DNA of 56,445 nucleotides from an uncultured Pseudomonadales bacterium (GTDB taxonomy: Bacteria; Patescibacteriota; Microgenomatia; UBA1400; PJMF01): positions 1 to 56,445 of the forward strand of contig CAYSQA010000003.1 of NCBI GenBank assembly GCA_964433225.1. The letters are read 5' to 3'. A program made the translations under genes and the position numbers. The notes under the pieces were generated by a model that saw only the letters and a program-made list of their open reading frames with translations, ran no database searches and was not told the origin of the DNA. Below, in pieces: positions 34,950-44,399 of this stretch (the stretch's first letter is position 1; every line of letters begins with the position of its first letter).

Positions 34950-35825
34950 ATGAATACTCCCCAAACTGCTCCACTGTCTAAAGAAGAATTTTTGGCTAAA
35001 GTTAAAAAGCTAAATATTAAAACTACTTCTCAACAGTTGTTGGCAGCTATTTCTTTAGCTGGTCAAATTGCTCTTAACCAACCTCATCTTCAGGGTCAGG
35101 TTCCTCAAGTTTATGCTAAGGAACCAGCTCAACAAGATGAATTAAAAGCAGAAGTTTCTAAAGAAGAACACAATGAGATTTTTGCCAAAATGGTGGGAAT
35201 GGTGAACCGACCGCCAGGACATTTGGCTAAAGATGAAGAGCTATACTTGGAACAACAATTAGCTGATATTTTGGGTTTTGAAGTAACTGCCGAGTTAGAT
35301 GAACATCGTTTAAATCATAGTATTGGTATTATGGGTGGAGAGCAACACCTCAAGCGTTTTGCTGGGGATGATTTGTCACAACATGATGCTTACTTAGAAG
35401 CAGGGATGGCTCCTGGTAGAGGGGCTTTTGGTTGGTTTACTGAAAATGGACAATTAACAGCAGAAGCTATTCAACGAGAAAAATATTATTTTGCTGTTCA
35501 AACTTTATATTTGCCAGACTGGAATAGTAACTATCAGGAACTAAAACCTTGGTATAAATATCGAAAAATGGTAATGATTAATCCGGCAGAAGAAATTGCC
35601 GTAGTTGGCGTGGTTGGTGATGCTGGTCCAGCCCAATGGGTCAAGAAACAATTTGGTGGTTCGCCCGAAGTAATTAGAGAAGGTAAAGTCTGGAGTCCCA
35701 AAAGCAAAGGGAGAGTGATTTTATGGTTTGTTGATGATCCAGAAAATAAGATTCCTTTAGGGCCGGTTAACTTGAGTTGGGATAATTTACAACAAATAGC
35801 AGCTAGTCAAACAAATAATTCTTAA
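34950..35825 (+). CDS. Hypothetical protein (291 aa)
   Basis: Intact ORF 8 nt after gltX. The C-terminal MVMINPAEEIAVVGVVGDAGP segment faintly resembles RlpA/DPBB-type barrels, which is too weak for a functional call. Confidence 0.55.
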   Translation: MNTPQTAPLSKEEFLAKVKKLNIKTTSQQLLAAISLAGQIALNQPHLQGQVPQVYAKEPAQQDELKAEVSKEEHNEIFAKMVGMVNRPPGHLAKDEELYLEQQLADILGFEVTAELDEHRLNHSIGIMGGEQHLKRFAGDDLSQHDAYLEAGMAPGRGAFGWFTENGQLTAEAIQREKYYFAVQTLYLPDWNSNYQELKPWYKYRKMVMINPAEEIAVVGVVGDAGPAQWVKKQFGGSPEVIREGKVWSPKSKGRVILWFVDDPENKIPLGPVNLSWDNLQQIAASQTNNS

Positions 35826-35846
35826 GTGTTAAGATAGTTAAAGCGT

Positions 35847-36236
35847 ATGATTATAGTTAATTTTTATATTGGTTCTCGTTACCCTGTGTCAAGAAAAAAA
35901 TTAAGACAAGCAGTTGATCAGGTACTGGCCAAACATGGAGTTGATCATGCCCAAGTTGATGTGTCAGTCGTTGGAGCGAGGAAAATTCAAACTTTAAACG
36001 AGACAATGTTGCAACATGATGGGCCAACGGATGTATTATCTTTTCCTCATCACGATAAAAAACAATTAACAGAAATTCCTTTACCAGCAGAGGTACCTCC
36101 TCATTTGGGAGATGTGGTGATTAGTTTTCCAGAGTCGATCAGGATGGCTAAAAAATTTGGGAAAAGAGTTGATGACCAGATTTGTTTTTATCTTGAACAT
36201 GGACTTATGCATCTGTTAGGGTATCATCACGATTAA
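35847..36236 (+). CDS. ybeY: rRNA maturation endoribonuclease YbeY
   Basis: HGLMHLLGYHHD zinc motif (HxxxHxxGxxH) and TDVLSFP. Confidence 0.9.
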   Translation: MIIVNFYIGSRYPVSRKKLRQAVDQVLAKHGVDHAQVDVSVVGARKIQTLNETMLQHDGPTDVLSFPHHDKKQLTEIPLPAEVPPHLGDVVISFPESIRMAKKFGKRVDDQICFYLEHGLMHLLGYHHD

Positions 36237-36242
36237 TTAATT

Positions 36243-37850
36243 ATGGCTTGGCACAGAAAACACAGACCGAAACTAATCAGTGAACTTCACTTAACCAATG
36301 TTAGGGAAGCTTTAACTAGTTTAATGCAAACAACTAGTTTTCCTCAGGTTTTTTTGTTTGCTGGTCCCAAAGGGACGGGTAAAACTTCTGCTTCAAGAAT
36401 TTTAGGAGCAATGCTTAACGATCCTAAAAATGATCAAGCTGTTGAAAGTTTATTTTTTAAAAAAGATTTACCAAAAAAAGTAACCCTCAAAGATCCTGAT
36501 GTAGATTCCAAATTTGCTCAGTTAGTTTATGCCGGTTCATCCTTTGTTGTTCAAGAGATGGATGCCGCTTCACATCGAGGAATTGATGATATTAGAGCAC
36601 TTAAGGAACGAGCGATGTTACCGCCTCAGGAGGGTAAAATTACTGTCTATATTCTTGATGAAGCTCACATGCTTACTACAGAGGCTTTTAATGCTTTGTT
36701 AAAGTTATTAGAGGAGCCCCCAGTTCATGCTTTGTTTATTTTAGCTACCACGGAGTTTCATAAAATTCCTGAAACAATTACTTCCAGAAGTTTTCACTTA
36801 GCTTTTCGTCAAGCTACCGATGATGAGTTATTGGCTGCTTTACAGTCGGTATTAGCTAAGGAAAAGATTAAGGCAGATGATGAAATTCTCAAACTTATAG
36901 TGCAACGAGCCGATGGTAGTTTTCGTGATGGAGTGAAGTTGCTGGAATCAGTCGTGGAAGATGAGCAAATAACCTTGGCTTCAGTGGAAAAAATCTTGGG
37001 GAAGAATGTTGAACCACTCCTAATTGAGTTGGTTCAGGCTGTTTTAGATAAAGATGAAACTCAAGTTAGTCAGTTAATTGCAGATTTGCGTCAACAGAAG
37101 TTTGCTGAAAAATATGTTTATCAAGTGTTGTTTTCTCTATTACATCATTCATTGCTTCAGGATTTGGGTGTTAAGCCTGGTCAGGCTTTATTTAAGCAAA
37201 AAATTGCTCGCTTTTTCTTAGATGAACTTTTGAAAGCTAACTTGGATGCTTTTTCGCCTATTAATTTTTTAAGTTTGGAAATAAAACTACTATCTTTGGT
37301 CGAACGAGCCAAACAAAAAAATGGTGCAACTCCTCCTAGCAAAAAAAAAATAAAAAACCCGATAGTTACCAAAGTTGATAATCATCAAGTTAAATCAGAA
37401 ACGTCAGAAATAATGACGACTGAAGTAGTAGTCAGTAGTCAAAAGCAAGGAAACTTTAATGAAGTTGACCAAGAAAATGCTAGTGAAGAAGAGAAGTTTT
37501 ATTTAACAGAAGAAGTTCATGATTTAGGGAAAAATTTACTAGAGCAGTGGGACCAATTTTTAAAAATTGTTCAGCATAAAAATGCTACGGTGGCAGCCTT
37601 ACTAAGATCTAGTAAACCTTCGATTGGCGATACTGGTATCCCCGAAGTGGCTGTTTTTTATAAATTTCATCAAGAACAACTACAACAACAAAAGTACATG
37701 AACATTCTTCAGGAGTGTACTAAAGATTTGGTTGGAAGTATTTTACCATTGCACGTATCATTACATGAAATTCCTCAAGAGGCCACTCTGGTTGAGGTTG
37801 ATAACCCTCCTCCCCAGTTAGCCCAATTGGCAGAAGAAGCTTTGATGTAG
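36243..37850 (+). CDS. dnaX: DNA polymerase III subunit gamma/tau
   Basis: GPKGTGKTS Walker A, ILDEAHML and SRS sensor motif (TSRSF). Confidence 0.92.
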   Translation: MAWHRKHRPKLISELHLTNVREALTSLMQTTSFPQVFLFAGPKGTGKTSASRILGAMLNDPKNDQAVESLFFKKDLPKKVTLKDPDVDSKFAQLVYAGSSFVVQEMDAASHRGIDDIRALKERAMLPPQEGKITVYILDEAHMLTTEAFNALLKLLEEPPVHALFILATTEFHKIPETITSRSFHLAFRQATDDELLAALQSVLAKEKIKADDEILKLIVQRADGSFRDGVKLLESVVEDEQITLASVEKILGKNVEPLLIELVQAVLDKDETQVSQLIADLRQQKFAEKYVYQVLFSLLHHSLLQDLGVKPGQALFKQKIARFFLDELLKANLDAFSPINFLSLEIKLLSLVERAKQKNGATPPSKKKIKNPIVTKVDNHQVKSETSEIMTTEVVVSSQKQGNFNEVDQENASEEEKFYLTEEVHDLGKNLLEQWDQFLKIVQHKNATVAALLRSSKPSIGDTGIPEVAVFYKFHQEQLQQQKYMNILQECTKDLVGSILPLHVSLHEIPQEATLVEVDNPPPQLAQLAEEALM

Positions 37851-37899
37851 TGGAGAGTTATAGTACAATCAGTTTATTATCAGGAAGGGAAATAATTTT

Positions 37900-38181
37900 A
37901 TGGCAAATCCATTTAAAGCTTTAGGAGACTTAAACAAGCTTCGTCAACAAGCCAAAAAAATGCAACAAGAACTCTCAGCTGAAGAAATTCGTGTTGAGGA
38001 GGGTGATATTGTGGTAGTAATTTCTGGTGATCAAAAAATTAAGCAATTTTCAGTTCAAGGTATCAGTAGTGATGAGGCCGTGGAAGTATTGAATAAAGCA
38101 ATCAAAAAATCTCAGGAAGTCGCTGCTAAAAAACTTCAGGCCATGACTGGCGGTCTTGGTGGCATGATGGGTGGTAACTAG
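37900..38181 (+). CDS. ybaB: YbaB/EbfC family nucleoid-associated protein
   Basis: 93 aa with a MQQEL...V.G...G.V.V..G pattern and a Gly/Met-rich tail. Canonical position after dnaX. Confidence 0.85.
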   Translation: MANPFKALGDLNKLRQQAKKMQQELSAEEIRVEEGDIVVVISGDQKIKQFSVQGISSDEAVEVLNKAIKKSQEVAAKKLQAMTGGLGGMMGGN

Positions 38182-38205
38182 AATTTATATTTGTTAATTT
38201 AAAAA

Positions 38206-38229
38206 GGCTCCTTGATGGGAGCCTTTTTT
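38206..38229 (+). terminator. Intrinsic terminator after ybaB
   Basis: GGCTCC ttgat GGGAGCC followed by T6. Confidence 0.8.
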
Positions 38230-38239
38230 CGAGGTATTT

Positions 38240-38818
38240 ATGGAACAATTTTTTTTGGCTACCGGTAACCAACACAAAATTAAAGAAGTTTTGGAGATAG
38301 CACCCCAAATAGCTTGGTTGACGGTGAATGATTTTTCAGCTCTAAAAAATTTTGAACCGGCAGAGATTGGTAAAAGTTTTAGCGAAAATGCTGAAATTAA
38401 GGCTAAAGCTTTTGCTGAAAAAACCGGTTTGATCACGGTGGCTGAAGACTCAGGTTTAGAAGTCGAGAGCTTAAATCAAGAACCTGGTATTTATTCTGCT
38501 CGTTGGGTAATCGGGACAGATACAGATCGTAATTTAGCTTTATTGAAAAAATTGGAAGGAGAAACCAATCGAGCGGCTCGTTATGTAGCTACTCTTTGTG
38601 TCTTTAATCCTAAAACTGGTCAAACAGGTTTTTTTAGAGGTGAAGTTAAAGGAGCAATTGCTCATGAGATTAGAGGCAGTCATGGTTTTGGTTATGACCC
38701 AGTTTTTATTCCGGTAGGTTATACAGCAACCTTTGGAGAACTTGACGAGACGATCAAACAACAATTTAGCCATCGCAAAGAAGCTTTTAAAAAATTCTTA
38801 GCTTGGTTAAAGCCTTAG
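38240..38818 (+). CDS. rdgB: Non-canonical purine NTP pyrophosphatase (RdgB/HAM1)
   Basis: LATGNQHKIKE, EDSGLEV, FGYDPVF and SHR. Confidence 0.9.
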   Translation: MEQFFLATGNQHKIKEVLEIAPQIAWLTVNDFSALKNFEPAEIGKSFSENAEIKAKAFAEKTGLITVAEDSGLEVESLNQEPGIYSARWVIGTDTDRNLALLKKLEGETNRAARYVATLCVFNPKTGQTGFFRGEVKGAIAHEIRGSHGFGYDPVFIPVGYTATFGELDETIKQQFSHRKEAFKKFLAWLKP

Positions 38819-38866
38819 AGTCTATTCAAGATTTATCATTATCAAAGAGAGATTTCGTATAGGTTC

Positions 38867-40186
38867 TTAGTCGCTTAAGCCTTTGACATCTTGATGTTTT
38901 TTACCAATGACAAAATCGGTAAGAGTTTTTTCTACTATTACTGGTTTGATGAACTGTTCAACCATCTTCTTGGAATTAATGACATTAAGTTCTTTGAAGA
39001 AAAACTCAAATTTTTTTTCTAGAGTAGCTCTAATTTTTTGTTTGTTTTCTTCAGGAATATCCCAAGTTTGTTGTTTAAATGGTCCCCAGGCTTTTTTGCG
39101 TAATTGGTAGTGAAATTGTTCAGCTGTCTGATCATTTTTTCGTTCGTCACTTAAGTTTTCATCGGCATATTGGTACATAGCCAGTAATAAATCTTGAGGG
39201 AAAGCCGGGTGATCCATAATCATATTTTGAAAACCAGTGGCCAAATGAACCTCTAAAGCTTTATTCAAAGTGAATTGGTTAAAATATTTATCTGGTAGAG
39301 TAGAAGCTCCATGTTGAACTGAACCGCCAATTTGGTATTTTTCCTGACCAACTTCAGTAATGTTTTTTAAAATTGAAAAGTCCACATCTAAATCTGCCAA
39401 TGAACCATCAGCTAAGACCACTCCACCATGGCTAGTGCCAGTTTGCACACTAATTTTACTGATACCAACCATATCTTTAGTTAAACCCTGATTAAAACCA
39501 TTCATATAGGCTTCAAAATCAGCTACGGTGCTGTTCTTTCCTCCAATATGACCAATTTCTCCTCCAAGGGAAATAGTGATGCCCTGTGGTTCTAGTGATC
39601 TGATGTATTCAGCTAATTCTAGTGAAAATTGATAATTGGGGATTTGTTCCTCTGCTTCGGTTGGTTTGGCTAAATCAACCAGGGTCGACATATCAATATC
39701 AATATTGTAAAAACCAGCAGCGATCGCTTCATTAATCAGGTCTTTAATTTTTTCAATTTCTCCAGTTTTGGGTTTACCTGGTTCAGCAGCTTTAGCTTGG
39801 AAGTGATCACCCTGAATAAATAATGGTCCAGACCAACCCTCCCTCAGTGCAGCAGCAGTAATGACTGTGACATATTCTTGAGGTGATTGATCAGTGTAGC
39901 CAATTTCAGATCTGGCAATTTCAAAAATCATTGCTCCAACTTGGTTTTTAAGTGCAGCTGAAAAAGTAGCCCTAGCTGTATCATAAGTCATCCCACGCAA
40001 GTTCATGGCTGGGACAGTAAAGTTATTAGGTAGTTCTTTATGACCTCTGGCTAAATAAAGATCATTAATCGAGCTAGGAATGACTCCAGCTTTAATGCCT
40101 GCTTTCCAGATTTCAAATCTGGCAGTTTGTTGCTCTTTATCTTTCCCAAAAACTGCTTGGTAAACTAGTTGGTCAATGTTTTGCAT
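38867..40186 (-). CDS. fba: Class II fructose/ketose-bisphosphate aldolase family protein (long form, 439 aa)
   Basis: IQGDHF, ISVQTGTSHGG and GGSVQHGAST metal and phosphate motifs. Confidence 0.75.
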   Translation of the reverse strand: MQNIDQLVYQAVFGKDKEQQTARFEIWKAGIKAGVIPSSINDLYLARGHKELPNNFTVPAMNLRGMTYDTARATFSAALKNQVGAMIFEIARSEIGYTDQSPQEYVTVITAAALREGWSGPLFIQGDHFQAKAAEPGKPKTGEIEKIKDLINEAIAAGFYNIDIDMSTLVDLAKPTEAEEQIPNYQFSLELAEYIRSLEPQGITISLGGEIGHIGGKNSTVADFEAYMNGFNQGLTKDMVGISKISVQTGTSHGGVVLADGSLADLDVDFSILKNITEVGQEKYQIGGSVQHGASTLPDKYFNQFTLNKALEVHLATGFQNMIMDHPAFPQDLLLAMYQYADENLSDERKNDQTAEQFHYQLRKKAWGPFKQQTWDIPEENKQKIRATLEKKFEFFFKELNVINSKKMVEQFIKPVIVEKTLTDFVIGKKHQDVKGLSD

Positions 40187-40201
40187 AAAGCTCCTTTTAT
40201 T

Positions 40202-41164
40202 TTAAATACGATATTCAATTGTTTCTTTGTCAAAGACATGAGTGGTATCAATGAAGCGAATTTTATTACTTTGATTGGTCATGACTAAGCTATGAGTTCT
40301 AGCTCCATCACCAAAGAACCTTACTCCTTTCAGGATATCACCATTAGTTACTCCTGTAGCACAAAAAACAATGTTTTTGCCGCTAGCCAGGTCTTCGTGA
40401 GTATAAATTCTGTTAAGTTGGCCGCCCATCTTTTTTAATCTAGTTTCTTCCTCTTTATTTTTGGGCCAGAAACGAGCTTGCATTTCACCTTTAATACAAC
40501 GTAGAGCAGCAGCAGTCATTACCCCTTCTGGAGCTGCTCCAATCCCCATGACCGCATGAATGCCGGTGCCTCTCATACAAGCAGCAATACCTGGGAACAA
40601 ATCTCCATCAGGAATTAGTTTGACTCTAGCTCCTGCTTCTCTAATATCAGCAATTAGTTCTTCATGTCGATCTCGATCTAAAACAGTAATGGTGAGATCG
40701 TCAATATCTCGGTCCAAAACTCTGGCAAGGGTTTTTAAGGTTTTTTTGACTGGATCATCAAGGCTCACTTTACCAACAGCTTCTGGTGGAACCACTAGCT
40801 TTTCCATGTACATATCTGGAGCGTGGAATAAGCCACCTTTTTCACTAGCAGCCAAAACAGAGATAGCTCTTGGTCCTAAGTTAGCAGTAGCATTGGTGTT
40901 TTCTAGAGGATCAACGGCGATATCCACCTCTTTGCCGTTTCCAGATCCAAGTTTTTCACCAATGAAAAGCATTGGGGCTTCGTCACGCTCCCCTTCACCG
41001 ATTACCACTCGGCCAGAAAACTCAACTTCATTTAAAAAACTACGGATAGCTTTGACTGCCGCATCATCGGCTCCATTTTTGTCACCATAACCAGCAGCTC
41101 TAGCTGCGGCAATAGCTCCTACTTCGGTGGCATGAGAAAGAGACAAAGCGAGGGTTTGTTCCAT
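40202..41164 (-). CDS. glpX: Class II fructose-1,6-bisphosphatase (GlpX)
   Basis: GEGERDEAPMLFIGEKLG, VDPLENT and MGIGAAPEGV. Confidence 0.92.
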   Translation of the reverse strand: MEQTLALSLSHATEVGAIAAARAAGYGDKNGADDAAVKAIRSFLNEVEFSGRVVIGEGERDEAPMLFIGEKLGSGNGKEVDIAVDPLENTNATANLGPRAISVLAASEKGGLFHAPDMYMEKLVVPPEAVGKVSLDDPVKKTLKTLARVLDRDIDDLTITVLDRDRHEELIADIREAGARVKLIPDGDLFPGIAACMRGTGIHAVMGIGAAPEGVMTAAALRCIKGEMQARFWPKNKEEETRLKKMGGQLNRIYTHEDLASGKNIVFCATGVTNGDILKGVRFFGDGARTHSLVMTNQSNKIRFIDTTHVFDKETIEYRI

Positions 41165-41177
41165 AAGGAAAGTTCCT

Positions 41178-42005
41178 TTAGTTAGTTTGTATTTCTGACC
41201 ATTTTTCTTTAGCTAATTTGAGATTGTCCTTATCGGTAATATCAAACCACAAACCCTGAAAGATTGAGGCAGTGAGTTGATTGTGTTGAGCTAGTTTGGG
41301 GAAAACATCTTTCTCCAGAGTAAAGACTTCTTTAACTGGGAAAAACTCAAAAATCTTGGGATCAAAAACATAAAAACCAGTATTAATAATACTAATCCCA
41401 GTATTGTCACTGGTGGTTAAAAATTTAGTGATTTTATTGCCTTGGATAAAAACTTGACCATATTTTGGTTCACCGAGCCTTGGTTTAACGGCAATTGTTG
41501 CCAATGATTTTTCAGCAAAATGAAAGGCAAATAAACTGGAGAGATCAATATTAGACAAAGTATCACCATGAACAACCAAGAATGGTGAGTTTTTAATTAA
41601 CTCCTTGGCCTTCTTAACTGCACCGCCAGTTCCTAGTGGATATTCTTCGACTAGATATTCAATCTTAACTCCATAATTTTCTCCTTTACCAAAGATTCTC
41701 ATGATCTCAGTATCGGTTTTATGAATGCAAATAATGATATTGCTGATCTGGTTATTTTTAAGATTATTAATAATATGAGTTAGTAAATAGCCCTTACCGA
41801 TTTTGGTTAGAGTCGGGTGGTTATCATGATGATTGTTACCTCCAGCTAGAACAATTGCTGTTTGCACCGTAGGAGAGAGTGATTTTTTGACCAAAGTTTC
41901 AATAGCATGTGACCTGTTTCTAATATTAATACCATTAATAGTGGCATCAATTGCTTCAAGAATGTTTTCCGACAGAGTGATGGTCAGTCTGGTTTTAGTT
42001 CTCAT
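41178..42005 (-). CDS. Ribbon-helix-helix domain fused to a sugar-phosphate nucleotidyltransferase-like domain with a degenerate catalytic loop
   Basis: N-terminal RLTITLSENILEAIDATING...RSHAIETLVKKSL (CopG/NikR-like). This is followed by AIVLAGGNNHHDNHPTL in place of GxGTRLxPLT, then EEYPLGTGGAV and FLVVHGDTLSNIDL. Confidence 0.7.
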   Translation of the reverse strand: MRTKTRLTITLSENILEAIDATINGINIRNRSHAIETLVKKSLSPTVQTAIVLAGGNNHHDNHPTLTKIGKGYLLTHIINNLKNNQISNIIICIHKTDTEIMRIFGKGENYGVKIEYLVEEYPLGTGGAVKKAKELIKNSPFLVVHGDTLSNIDLSSLFAFHFAEKSLATIAVKPRLGEPKYGQVFIQGNKITKFLTTSDNTGISIINTGFYVFDPKIFEFFPVKEVFTLEKDVFPKLAQHNQLTASIFQGLWFDITDKDNLKLAKEKWSEIQTN

Positions 42006-42008
42006 AAG

Positions 42009-43268
42009 TTAGTTAGTCAGCGGTTCCAGTCCGGGCAAAGTTTTTTTACCCAAAAATTCTAATGAAGCCCCACCAGCTGCAGATAAGTAGTCATAGCGAT
42101 CTTCTAAACCAAGGTGATGGATAGCATTAATAGTGTCACCACCACCCAGAATTGTTTCAGCACTGCTTTTAGCAATGGCGGTGGCTATGGCTTTGGTGCC
42201 TTCTTCAAAGTCTGGTTGCTCGAATACGCCCATCGGTCCGTTCCAGAAGATGGTTTGAGCCTCGAGAATAATATCTCGGAATAAGCGTTGGGTTTTGGGG
42301 CCGATATCTAAATACATCCAACTCTTTTTTCTTTCATCTTCGAAGTTAGTGAGATCAATTACTTTTTTACTTTTAGGATTGTCAATGTCATCAGCCGCAA
42401 TAACATCAGCTGGATAAATAATTTTTGGTAAGGGAATGTAGCCATGAAGCATCATCTTTTGAGTTTTGGTGCTTTCCATTAGTTCTTCGGCTACAGCAAC
42501 AAAAGAGATATTTTCTTTTTTAGTATCGGCTGGTTTATCTTCTAGATAAGAGTGAAAAACTTCAATCCCCTCAGCCTTGATAAAGTTATTAGCCACCCCT
42601 CCTCCAACCAAAACCACATCTGCAATTTGACTGAGATTTTTTATGGCTTCGACCTTATCTGAGATTTTGGCCCCACCAACAATAGCGACAAAAGGTCGTT
42701 TTGGTTTTTTACTCAAACTGGATAACATCTCAACTTCTTCGTAAAGAGCAAAGCCTGCATAGGCGGGTAGATATTTAGTTACTCCCACCACTGAAGCGTG
42801 AGCTCTGTGAGAAGCAGAGAAAGCATCATTAACAAACACATCTGCCAAAGAGGCTAGTTCTTTAGCAAAACCTGGATCATTCTTTTTTTCTCCAGGGTTG
42901 AATCTGCTATTTTCTAACATTAAAATGTCCCCTGGTTGCATTTCAGCTACGGCTTGTTCAGCCTCTTTACCAACAGAGACAGCGATTTTATTAACTTTTT
43001 TACCAATTAATTTTTCTAGATGTTGAGCAATTGGATCCATTTTAAGAGCTTCAACAACTTTTCCTCCGGGTCTACCAAAATGAGAAGTAAGAATAATTTT
43101 GGCTTTTTGTTCAATCAAAAACTTTAAAGTAGGTAGAGTAATTTTAATCCGAGTGTCGTCCATCACCACTTGTTTATCACGGTTGGTTTTGGTGGGAGTA
43201 TTATAATCAACTTTGAGGAGAACTTTTTTATTTTTAACTGCGGCGGCATTAACTTTTCTAAGATTCAT
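42009..43268 (-). CDS. pgk: Phosphoglycerate kinase
   Basis: VDYNTP, SHFGRPGG, NSRFNPGEKKND and GGGDT. Confidence 0.94.
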   Translation of the reverse strand: MNLRKVNAAAVKNKKVLLKVDYNTPTKTNRDKQVVMDDTRIKITLPTLKFLIEQKAKIILTSHFGRPGGKVVEALKMDPIAQHLEKLIGKKVNKIAVSVGKEAEQAVAEMQPGDILMLENSRFNPGEKKNDPGFAKELASLADVFVNDAFSASHRAHASVVGVTKYLPAYAGFALYEEVEMLSSLSKKPKRPFVAIVGGAKISDKVEAIKNLSQIADVVLVGGGVANNFIKAEGIEVFHSYLEDKPADTKKENISFVAVAEELMESTKTQKMMLHGYIPLPKIIYPADVIAADDIDNPKSKKVIDLTNFEDERKKSWMYLDIGPKTQRLFRDIILEAQTIFWNGPMGVFEQPDFEEGTKAIATAIAKSSAETILGGGDTINAIHHLGLEDRYDYLSAAGGASLEFLGKKTLPGLEPLTN

Positions 43269-43337
43269 ATAAAAATTACTCCTCGATTTTAGATCATACC
43301 TTTGTCATACATTTATACCGCTATAGGAAGTAACTTG

Positions 43338-43853
43338 TCAATCTTTAGGCTTCGAAGTGTTTTTTTTGGTTTTTGGTGGTGTATAAAGTTTTTTGAATTC
43401 AAAAATGAAAAACCAGCCAATAAAAGTTACAACTAAAGTTAAAAAGATGGAGTCATGGTTAAAAATAACCAAGTAAAGCCGACTGATAGTAGAAAGAATA
43501 GTAGCTAGTAACCAGTTTTGCCAACCTAATAGTTGAGTTTTTTTATGAGCTAGCTGAGTAAAAGCAGTAAAATAGAGAAAACCAATGATGAGCATGGTTA
43601 TTCCATTCCAAAAGAGAAAAGCAGGCTTGAATTCTATAAATTCGGCAAAAACTTTGGGTAAAGCATCAAGCTGAAAACTAGTTGAGAGTGATTTTAGGCC
43701 ACCAATAATTTCAATTAACCCTCGCAAAAACAAATACCAAGGAATAATTGGTAACAAGGTTTTTAAAAAATTGGTTGGGAAGTGAGGAAAAGGAGCAAAG
43801 AATTTTTCTAAATTTGTTATAAATTTTTGAAAAAATTCCGCCATATTTTTCAT
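43338..43853 (-). CDS. Hypothetical membrane protein (171 aa)
   Basis: Four hydrophobic segments and a basic C-terminal tail. Confidence 0.55.
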   Translation of the reverse strand: MKNMAEFFQKFITNLEKFFAPFPHFPTNFLKTLLPIIPWYLFLRGLIEIIGGLKSLSTSFQLDALPKVFAEFIEFKPAFLFWNGITMLIIGFLYFTAFTQLAHKKTQLLGWQNWLLATILSTISRLYLVIFNHDSIFLTLVVTFIGWFFIFEFKKLYTPPKTKKNTSKPKD

Positions 43854-43940
43854 TATAAAAAATTTTTAGATTGGTCGTAAAGAGGAAACTTTGATCAAAA
43901 GTGATTTTTTCTAGCTTTCCAAGTAGAATAAGGGAAACTT

Positions 43941-44393
43941 ATGTCTAATTACCGTGTAAAAACGCTTCAGCCTCATTCAGGAGCTATTATTATGGCTCTG
44001 TATCATTATCTGAAATATCCAGATAAACTCAATTTTGATATTAGAATGACTAGTCCTTTCAATAAGGTTTATCGAGTAATTTTGGAGGGTAAAACTCGAG
44101 ATGAGTTGGTGTTTAGAACGGGTAAAGACTGGCCCTGTTATTCCAGAATTTATGTTCATAGTAATCAAACTGAGTTTAGAATTTCTCACGATCACTCTGT
44201 TGTAAAAGAAGAATTTAGAATAGAAGGTAGAAAACTTTATTTGGGAGATTTGCGAACAGAAGCTGGTTTGGGGATTAGTTTTGAAGGAGAGTTTTTACAT
44301 CCCAAAATGTTAGAGCTTAACGAAGAGTATCGTTTACTAGAAGGTGGCTTGATCTCTGCTCGTAGATATTATGAAGTAGACAATGCTTGGTAA
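43941..44393 (+). CDS. Hypothetical protein (150 aa)
   Basis: Intact ORF preceded by AAGGGAAA. No motif recognised. Confidence 0.55.
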   Translation: MSNYRVKTLQPHSGAIIMALYHYLKYPDKLNFDIRMTSPFNKVYRVILEGKTRDELVFRTGKDWPCYSRIYVHSNQTEFRISHDHSVVKEEFRIEGRKLYLGDLRTEAGLGISFEGEFLHPKMLELNEEYRLLEGGLISARRYYEVDNAW

Positions 44394-44399
44394 GGATTT

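Noticed and set aside
40560-41090. 176-aa ORF antisense to glpX.
   Set aside because: It lies entirely within the well-supported glpX gene. Its Ser/Pro/Ala-rich low-complexity translation is typical of the antisense frame of a relatively G+C-rich gene.
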